From: Sulfurimonas crateris
GTDB taxonomy: Bacteria; Campylobacterota; Campylobacteria; Campylobacterales; Sulfurimonadaceae
Assembly: GCA_945883795.1 (NCBI GenBank)
Contig: CAMCYC010000005.1
Span: forward strand, 6,213-70,212
Reading direction: 5' to 3'
DNA: 64,000 nucleotides
Within the stretch, counting starts at the first letter, position 1, and each line of letters opens with the position of its first letter. The notes beneath the pieces were generated by a model. It had not been told where the DNA came from. It saw only the letters and a program-made list of their open reading frames with translations, and did not search any database. The translations under genes and the position numbers were made by a program. Shown here piece after piece: positions 57,758-64,000 of the stretch.

Positions 57758-58239
57758 TACTCATATACCACGATAGCATAATTATTTTTCAGATTGTAAA
57801 AAGTACAATTTGCACTAAATTCTAAATCTTTCATTTTTCCTAAATGGATAATGGAATCTTTTTTTACATAAATCCCATTTTCTTTAAAAAATTTTCTTAT
57901 ATTCACAAATTTCACATCTTCTACAAATTTATATTCAAACTCTTTATGCAATTTCATCTTGTCATAAGAAAATATTCGTTCATTGACATGCAGTTTGTCT
58001 GAAGCATATTTAATAGGTAAATGTCCTGAGAGGTCAGTTAAGAAAGGTTCTATGTGTTCATGTTTTTGAGGAAGTGTACTTTTTTGGACAAAAACATATT
58101 TGTTATTAAGTTTTAAATTAGGTGTGTCCTTCCAATATTTATAAGCTGGATTGGATACACCCAATTTCAAAGAAACTTCTCTCCAGAGCCAAAAAGAGTT
58201 GAGCGTATTGGGTAGATAAGAGATCAAATTTGGCTCCAT
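57757..58239 (-). CDS. hypothetical protein (160 aa)
   Basis: ORF abutting the downstream gene and sharing base 57757 with its start codon. No recognisable motif. Confidence 0.5.
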   Translation of the reverse strand: MEPNLISYLPNTLNSFWLWREVSLKLGVSNPAYKYWKDTPNLKLNNKYVFVQKSTLPQKHEHIEPFLTDLSGHLPIKYASDKLHVNERIFSYDKMKLHKEFEYKFVEDVKFVNIRKFFKENGIYVKKDSIIHLGKMKDLEFSANCTFYNLKNNYAIVVYE

Positions 58240-58288
58240 AAGAGAATTTATTAGTGTCGATTATATAGTTTTTTCTTAAAGAGTTTTA

Positions 58289-59353
58289 TTAAAACACTGC
58301 CACTACAACTTTAGTTACCAAAAATCCACCAATCACAAGCCATAAGAACATGACTCCTGCAGTATAAATAGGAGCTAAACCTAATCCTTTAAACTTCGCA
58401 AAAATAGTCCCCATACCAAGTGCAGTCATCGCCATGGTAAGTAAAAATGTATCTATATCATTTATAACTGCAACTATATTATTTGGTACTAATCCAAGAG
58501 AATTAAACCCCGCCATCCCAATAAAATAGACTGCAAACCATGGAATAACAAGTTGCACACCACCACGAGCTTTACCACTTCTCTTAGCTGTATAAGAGAG
58601 ATAAAAACCCAAAGCAATCAGCATTGGAGCAATCATAATAACCCGTGTCATTTTGACAATAACCGCCGAATTTGCCATGTCAGCTGGAGCGCCTAAAATA
58701 GAAGCAGGAACTGCTACAACTTGTGCAACTTCATGGATAGTTCCACCCACATAAATACCAAATTCTTGAGGGCTCATGTGTAAAAATCCAGAAGCAGGTT
58801 CAATGATAGATGCGTATAAAATAGGATATAAAAACATCGAAATAGTTCCAAAAAGTACAACCATAGAAACTGCAACTGCAGTTTTGTAGCCCTCTGCTTT
58901 TAAAACAGGCTCTGTTGCCAAAACTGCTGCTGCTCCACAAACAGAAGCTCCAGAGGCTGTAAGCATTGCAGTATCTCTATCTAATTTAAAAGCTTTGATA
59001 CCAAGATAAGTTCCAAGTATAAAAGTTGTGCTTAACATGATGAGTGAAACCATAAAACCATCTATTCCAACATCTGCAATTTGTTGAAAAGTGATACGAA
59101 ATCCGTAAAAAACTATTGCAAATCTTAAAATCTTTTTACCCGAGAATGTGATACCCAGCCCCCATGCGTTAGGGATACGATTATTCATTGTGTTTGCATA
59201 AAAGATACCCATAACAATACCAATCACCAAAGGTGAAATTCCTAATGATTTGATAAAGCCTATATCTCCTATCATAGTAGCCGCTGCTGCAAAAATAGCA
59301 ACAAAGATTATGCCACTAAGTGTATCCTTACGATTTTTCGCTGAAAACGCCAT
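58289..59353 (-). CDS. YeiH/UPF0324 family membrane protein (putative sulfate exporter family)
   Basis: 354 aa, about 10 TM, Gly/Ala-rich helices. The layout is typical of the YeiH family. Confidence 0.7.
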   Translation of the reverse strand: MAFSAKNRKDTLSGIIFVAIFAAAATMIGDIGFIKSLGISPLVIGIVMGIFYANTMNNRIPNAWGLGITFSGKKILRFAIVFYGFRITFQQIADVGIDGFMVSLIMLSTTFILGTYLGIKAFKLDRDTAMLTASGASVCGAAAVLATEPVLKAEGYKTAVAVSMVVLFGTISMFLYPILYASIIEPASGFLHMSPQEFGIYVGGTIHEVAQVVAVPASILGAPADMANSAVIVKMTRVIMIAPMLIALGFYLSYTAKRSGKARGGVQLVIPWFAVYFIGMAGFNSLGLVPNNIVAVINDIDTFLLTMAMTALGMGTIFAKFKGLGLAPIYTAGVMFLWLVIGGFLVTKVVVAVF

Positions 59354-59545
59354 TTCTATTCCTTATTTAATGTTTTGTATAACAAAGAGATGAATTTACT
59401 TTTGTTATTTTTTGAAAATTAGAGAGGTGATTTTAGCATAAAGAGAATAAACTCTTCGCATTTATGCTAGAGGTGGTTGCGCATTTTGTAATCTTGCTTT
59501 TTTTTAGATATAATTCGCAACTTTTTTAGATTCAGGAATTGATAT

Positions 59546-59872
59546 ATGACAACTAGTTTTTTACTTATTGTTCAAATAGTTTTAGTTATAGTTCTTACTA
59601 TAGCGGTACTATTACAAAAAAGCTCAAGCATTGGTCTTGGTGCATATAGTGGCTCAAATGAGTCTGTATTTGGAGCAAAAGGTCCAGCTAACTTTTTGGC
59701 AAAAACGACATTCATTTTAGGATTTTTATTTATTGTAAATACCATCACTTTAGGTTACATGTACGCTTCAGACAAAAGTAATTCTGTTGTTGATACCATG
59801 GTTGAGAGTACAAATGTTGTAGCTCCCGCTGTAATACAAACTCCTATAATAGAAACAAATACTACAAAATAG
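59546..59872 (+). CDS. secG: preprotein translocase subunit SecG
   Basis: 108 aa. LLQKSSSIGLGAYSGS...FGAKG and a second TM helix. Confidence 0.88.
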   Translation: MTTSFLLIVQIVLVIVLTIAVLLQKSSSIGLGAYSGSNESVFGAKGPANFLAKTTFILGFLFIVNTITLGYMYASDKSNSVVDTMVESTNVVAPAVIQTPIIETNTTK

Positions 59873-59894
59873 TTGCTTTTTTGCAACTGTTTTA
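59871..59894 (+). terminator. rho-independent terminator of secG
   Basis: AGTTGC-TTTTTT-GCAACT followed by GTTTTA. It overlaps the stop codon. Confidence 0.5.
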
Positions 59895-60013
59895 TCTTAA
59901 ATCCAAAAAAATAAACTCTCTTATAATTCTCAAGAACTATTCTTTTTACTCCCCATTAAAATATTTCTTGCTACAATAACGACACTATTTTTGACATATA
60001 AAGGAAACAAAAC

Positions 60014-60571
60014 ATGCTAAATGAGATTTATAGCGAATGTGAAACAAAGATGAAATCAAGCATAGACCATATGCTAAGAGATTTTAAAACACTTAGAACA
60101 GGTAAAGTTACAATATCTGTTTTAGATAATGTAAAAATTGATTACTATGGAACTATGACAGCGCTTGACCAAGTTGGTTCAGTTATTGCAACTGATGCTA
60201 CTACGATAGTTATAAACCCTTGGGAAAAGAATCTTTTATCCACGATAGATAGTGCTATTTCAAAAGCAAATATTGGTGTAAATCCAAATAATGATGGTGT
60301 TCAAATCAAACTCTTTTTTCCAGCTATGACAGTTGAGCAAAGAAAAGAATCGGTTAAGCAGATGAAAGGGATGGGTGAACATGCCAAAATTTCTATAAGA
60401 AATGACAGAAAAAATGCAAATGATAAAATCAAAAAACTTGAAAAAGATAAACTTATCACAGCTGATGAATCAAAAGTTGCACAAGATGTGATTCAAAAAA
60501 CTACAGACAAACACGCATCAAATATTGAGCAAATTTTAAAAGATAAAGAAGTTGAAATACTAAAGGTTTAA
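60014..60571 (+). CDS. frr: ribosome recycling factor
   Basis: 185 aa. [16 protein letters not shown] and [14 protein letters not shown] motifs. Confidence 0.96.
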   Translation: MLNEIYSECETKMKSSIDHMLRDFKTLRTGKVTISVLDNVKIDYYGTMTALDQVGSVIATDATTIVINPWEKNLLSTIDSAISKANIGVNPNNDGVQIKLFFPAMTVEQRKESVKQMKGMGEHAKISIRNDRKNANDKIKKLEKDKLITADESKVAQDVIQKTTDKHASNIEQILKDKEVEILKV

Positions 60572-61182
60572 TGATGAATATCAAACAAATATACATGGAC
60601 GCAAATGCTCTTTTAGAAGGGCATTTTAAACTCAGTAGTGGAAATCATTCACAGTTTTATCTTCAATCTGCAAAAGTTTTAGAAGACCCAAAAACTGCCA
60701 AATTACTCGCCGATGCATTAGCTCTACAGATAAAAGAAAGTGGGCTTGAAGTTGATACAGTTTGCGCTCCTGCACTTGGTGGGCTTATTGCTGGTTTTGC
60801 ACTTGCTCAAGCTTTAGATGTTCGTTCTATCTTTGCTGAGAGAGTTAATGGCGAAATGAGTATCCGCCGTGGCTTTGAGATAAAAAAAGGTGAAAAAGTA
60901 CTTATGTGCGAAGATATCATCACAACGGGTGGTTCTGCTATGGAAGCTGCTACAGTTGTAAAGAGTTTGGGTGGTGAGATTGTTGGTGTAGCAGCTTTGG
61001 CTAATCGTGGATTTTGTAAAAGAGAAAATAGTTCCGTTGAAACAAAAGCGAATTGTAAACTCCCTCAAGATATTCCATTTTTTGCTTTGGATGATTTTAC
61101 TTTTGAGATATATGCAGCAGAAGTTTGTCCATTATGCAAAGATGGAAGTAAAGCCATTAAACCTGGTTCAAGAGGAAATTAA
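60571..61182 (+). CDS. pyrE: orotate phosphoribosyltransferase
   Basis: 203 aa. [11 protein letters not shown] and the PRPP loop [13 protein letters not shown]. Confidence 0.92.
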   Translation: MMNIKQIYMDANALLEGHFKLSSGNHSQFYLQSAKVLEDPKTAKLLADALALQIKESGLEVDTVCAPALGGLIAGFALAQALDVRSIFAERVNGEMSIRRGFEIKKGEKVLMCEDIITTGGSAMEAATVVKSLGGEIVGVAALANRGFCKRENSSVETKANCKLPQDIPFFALDDFTFEIYAAEVCPLCKDGSKAIKPGSRGN

Positions 61183-61368
61183 CCTATGAAATATTTTCTC
61201 ACGCTTTCATTTGCTTTCTTTATATCTTTTTGGCGGTGAGACAAATATTGATTTTTATAATGCTTCAGAAGCAATAAAATTGCCAAATAATTCAGAAATA
61301 TTAACAAAAAAGATAAAAAAAGAATTAGTAAAAGTGCTTGAAAAAAAACCTGGAGAAATTAAAATAAC

Positions 61369-61629
61369 ATGAAAATATTAGTAATAGGCACGCCTAGCTT
61401 CATAGGTTTCCACTTGGCTAAAAAGCTTTTTGAGCGTGGTGATGAAATTGTAGGACTTGACAACATAAACGACTACTACGATGTAAATCTCAAGTATGCA
61501 AGATTGGCAGAACCGTTTGATGTCGTGGTAAACCTTGCCGCTCAAGCGGGCATGCACTACTCCATAGAAAACCCTCATGCTTACATAGAAAGTAATGTGA
61601 TTTCTATGAATAAAAGAGTTGTAGCATAA
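61369..61629 (+). pseudogene. remnant of an NAD-dependent sugar epimerase (UDP-glucuronate 4-epimerase-like)
   Basis: 86 aa. [20 protein letters not shown] has a disrupted GxxGxx[20 protein letters not shown] joins directly to [16 protein letters not shown], which indicates an internal deletion. It then terminates, whereas intact homologs are about 330 aa from memory. Confidence 0.7.
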
Positions 61630-63254
61630 TGAATATTTTAGTAGTAATACCTGCTCGTGGAGGTTCAAAAGGAATTCCACGCAAAAATCTTAGACTTTTA
61701 AATGGCAAGCCATTGATTTATTATTCTATCAAAACAGCATTAACTTCAAAATATAATATTGATATATATGTATCAAGTGAAGATGATGAAATCCTACATT
61801 CAGCTACACAATTTGGAGCCAAAACGCATAAAAGGGATATTTCAATTGCTGATGATAAAAGTACACTTGACCCTGTTATTTACGCTTGTTATAGTTATGC
61901 AAAAGAGACTGAGAATAAAGAATATGACTACATAATTACTATGCAGCCAACTTCACCGCTTTTAAAAACATCTTCACTTGACAGTGCAATAGAAAAAGCT
62001 ATATTAAATCATAATATTGAAACAATTATTGCCGCAAAAGATGATACACATCTTTCTTGGAGAAAGGAGTCTGATAAATTTTTACCAAACTATGAAAAAC
62101 GAGTAAATCGTCAATATCTTACTCCAACCTTTACTGAAACAGGTGGATTTTTTATAACTCGAAAAGATATTATAACTCCAACGAATAGAATAGGAAAAAA
62201 TGTAGAGCTTCATATACTTTCAAATGGTGAAGAGATAGATATTGATACTTATGAAGATTGGAATCTTTGCGAATATCACTTAAGAAGAAATCATATACTT
62301 TTCGTGGTAGTAGGTAATGAAGTTGTTGGGCTTGGACATGTATACAACACATTGTTATTAGCCAATGATATACTCAATCACAAAATCACATTTTTAGTTG
62401 ACAAAGAAAGCCAACTAGCATACGAAAAAATAGCTTCTAAAAATTATCCTGTTTACATACAAGAAAATCAAAATATCATAGATGACATAAAAAAACTAAA
62501 TCCTGACATAATAATTAATGATAGACTTGATACAGATGAAAGCTATATTTCTAAACTAAAAGAGCTAAAATTAAAAGTCATTAACTTTGAAGATTTAGGA
62601 GATGGAGCAAAAAAAGCAGATTTGGTTATTAATGCAATTTACCCCGAAAAACAAGTTCTTAAAAATCACTATTTTGGACATGATTATTTTATACTCAGGG
62701 ATGAATTTATCTATTCAAAACAAAAAGAAATAAATAAAAAAGTAACAAATATACTTATTACTTTCGGTGGCGTAGATCCAAATAATTACACAAAAAAAGT
62801 TATAGAAACTATCTATGGGTATTGTCAAACTAATGGTATTTCAATCAGCGTCATTGCAGGCTTTGGATACAATAAATATGAAACTTTAGAAGAGTTTGAA
62901 AATATACATGTTGAAAAAAATGTAAATAATATTTCAAAGTATATGTTAGAAGCAGACTTGATTTTTACATCCGCTGGGCGAACAACCTATGAAATAGCGA
63001 GCACAGTGACACCTGCCATAGTTTTAGCACAAAACGAAAGAGAACTTACTCACTTTTTTGCATCGAGTGAATTTGGATTTTTAAATCTTGGACTTGGGTA
63101 TAACATTTCAAATGAAGAGTTGCAAAAAAATTTTATAGAGTTGGTTGAATCCTATGAAAGTAGAGAGTATATGAGTGAACTGATGAAAAAAGTAAGTTTG
63201 AAAAATGGAAGAAAAACTGTTATAAAACTAATACAAAATTTAATAGAGGAATAA
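61629..63254 (+). CDS. fusion of a CMP-nonulosonic acid cytidylyltransferase domain with a PseG-like (GT28-type) UDP-sugar hydrolase domain
   Basis: 541 aa. The N-terminal VIPARGGSKGIPRKN motif belongs to NeuA/PseF-type cytidylyltransferases. The C-terminal ~310 aa carry ITFGGVDPNN and SAGRTTYE, like PseG/MurG-C. Confidence 0.7.
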   Translation: MNILVVIPARGGSKGIPRKNLRLLNGKPLIYYSIKTALTSKYNIDIYVSSEDDEILHSATQFGAKTHKRDISIADDKSTLDPVIYACYSYAKETENKEYDYIITMQPTSPLLKTSSLDSAIEKAILNHNIETIIAAKDDTHLSWRKESDKFLPNYEKRVNRQYLTPTFTETGGFFITRKDIITPTNRIGKNVELHILSNGEEIDIDTYEDWNLCEYHLRRNHILFVVVGNEVVGLGHVYNTLLLANDILNHKITFLVDKESQLAYEKIASKNYPVYIQENQNIIDDIKKLNPDIIINDRLDTDESYISKLKELKLKVINFEDLGDGAKKADLVINAIYPEKQVLKNHYFGHDYFILRDEFIYSKQKEINKKVTNILITFGGVDPNNYTKKVIETIYGYCQTNGISISVIAGFGYNKYETLEEFENIHVEKNVNNISKYMLEADLIFTSAGRTTYEIASTVTPAIVLAQNERELTHFFASSEFGFLNLGLGYNISNEELQKNFIELVESYESREYMSELMKKVSLKNGRKTVIKLIQNLIEE

Positions 63255-63256
63255 AT

Positions 63257-64000
63257 ATGAAATTAAAAGAGTTATTTAGCACAATAAACCCACATGAGAT
63301 AAAGCTATACAAACCGTATGTTATAGCAGAAATTGGTGTAAATCATGAAGGTAGTATGGAACTAGCCAAAAGGCTTGTCGATGAAGCCAAAGTTGGTGGA
63401 GCAAATGCCGTTAAATTTCAAAGCTATAAAGCTGAAACTTTAGCTTCAAAAGATTCTCCATCGTATTGGGACACGACAAAAGAACCGACTACAAGTCAAT
63501 ATGAGCTATTTAAAAAACATGACAGTTTTTGGATAGATGAGATGCAAGAACTGAAAAACTATTGTGACACTGTTGGAATAGAGTTTATGAGCACACCGTT
63601 TGACATCGAATCAGCAGATTTTTTAAACAATATGATGGATGTTTATAAAATATCTTCATCAGATATTACAAATAAACCATTTATAGAATATATGTGTAAA
63701 TTCAACAAACCTATTATTCTTTCAACTGGTGCAAGTAGTTTGCATGAGATACAAGAAGCAGTAAGCTGGATAGAAAAATTTGGTAACCCGTTGGCACTTC
63801 TTCATTGTGTTCTCAATTATCCAACCCCAGATAAAAATGCAAATTTAGGAATGATACTTGACTTAAAAGCAAAGTTTCCAAACAAAATCATAGGTTATAG
63901 TGACCATACATTACCAAATGACATGAAAGTATGTGAAATGGCTACTCTCCTTGGAAGTGTAATAATTGAAAAACACTTTACACATGACAAAACACTTCCA
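63257..64000 (+). CDS. N-acetylneuraminate/pseudaminate/legionaminate synthase family protein (partial, runs off the window)
   Basis: My own translation gives MKLKELFSTINPHEIKLYKPYVIAEIGVNHEGSMELAKRLVDEAKVGGANAVKFQSYKA. The IAEIGxNHxG and KFQ motifs are NeuB-family. The frame stays open to base 64000. Confidence 0.85.
   Translation, partial: MKLKELFSTINPHEIKLYKPYVIAEIGVNHEGSMELAKRLVDEAKVGGANAVKFQSYKAETLASKDSPSYWDTTKEPTTSQYELFKKHDSFWIDEMQELKNYCDTVGIEFMSTPFDIESADFLNNMMDVYKISSSDITNKPFIEYMCKFNKPIILSTGASSLHEIQEAVSWIEKFGNPLALLHCVLNYPTPDKNANLGMILDLKAKFPNKIIGYSDHTLPNDMKVCEMATLLGSVIIEKHFTHDKTLP

Noticed and set aside
61197-61250. A tiny ORF (MKYFLTLSFAFFISFWR) follows pyrE.
   Set aside because: At 17 aa with no Shine-Dalgarno sequence, it is probably a remnant or noise within the decayed border of the glycan locus.
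1-64000. I searched by eye for tRNA, rRNA, tmRNA, CRISPR arrays and riboswitches in all intergenic gaps over 60 nt.
   Set aside because: I saw no T-loop GGTTCGAAT-type sequences, no regularly spaced direct repeats with unique spacers and no recognisable riboswitch cores. I cannot exclude small RNAs without covariance-model scans.

Overview
This is an AT-rich chromosomal segment, roughly 30% GC by eye. Gene content and order point to Campylobacterota (epsilonproteobacteria), probably Arcobacter-, Sulfurimonas- or Sulfurospirillum-like; no database search was possible. The core backbone has four parts: (1) tatA-gmk-polyacidic protein-fliR-ABC ATPase at 0-6 kb, an order I recall from Campylobacter and Helicobacter; (2) a complete S10-spc ribosomal protein cluster plus secY-map-infA on the minus strand at 32.2-42.9 kb; (3) aroC-rnc-rnhA-lapB-like at 54.5-57.8 kb; (4) secG-frr-pyrE at 59.5-61.2 kb. 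Between these lie accessory or signalling blocks. These include three paralogous COG1373-type AAA+ ATPase genes and a degenerate GGDEF sensor. A CetA/CetB-like energy-taxis cluster shows a visible tandem duplication. A 7TMR-DISM histidine kinase and an OmpR-type regulator sit next to a secreted 7-heme cytochrome, with an IS200/IS605 TnpA remnant and a 3-copy short repeat family nearby. A cytoplasmic [NiFe] hydrogenase has its small subunit fused to an FAD/NAD(P) reductase and a BFD [2Fe-2S] module. A periplasmic rhodanese is translationally coupled to a polytopic Fe-S membrane protein that carries a cNMP-binding domain. There is also an H-NOX/histidine kinase operon, a REC-PAS-PAS-HK hybrid kinase cluster with a large unknown protein, a catalytically degenerate resolvase-like HTH protein next to ccoG, and the start of a nonulosonic-acid (pseudaminic/legionaminic-type) sugar locus containing an epimerase pseudogene. 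I recognised no rRNA, tRNA or CRISPR array. All functional calls rest on motifs read from the translations and remembered family signatures, not on searches.
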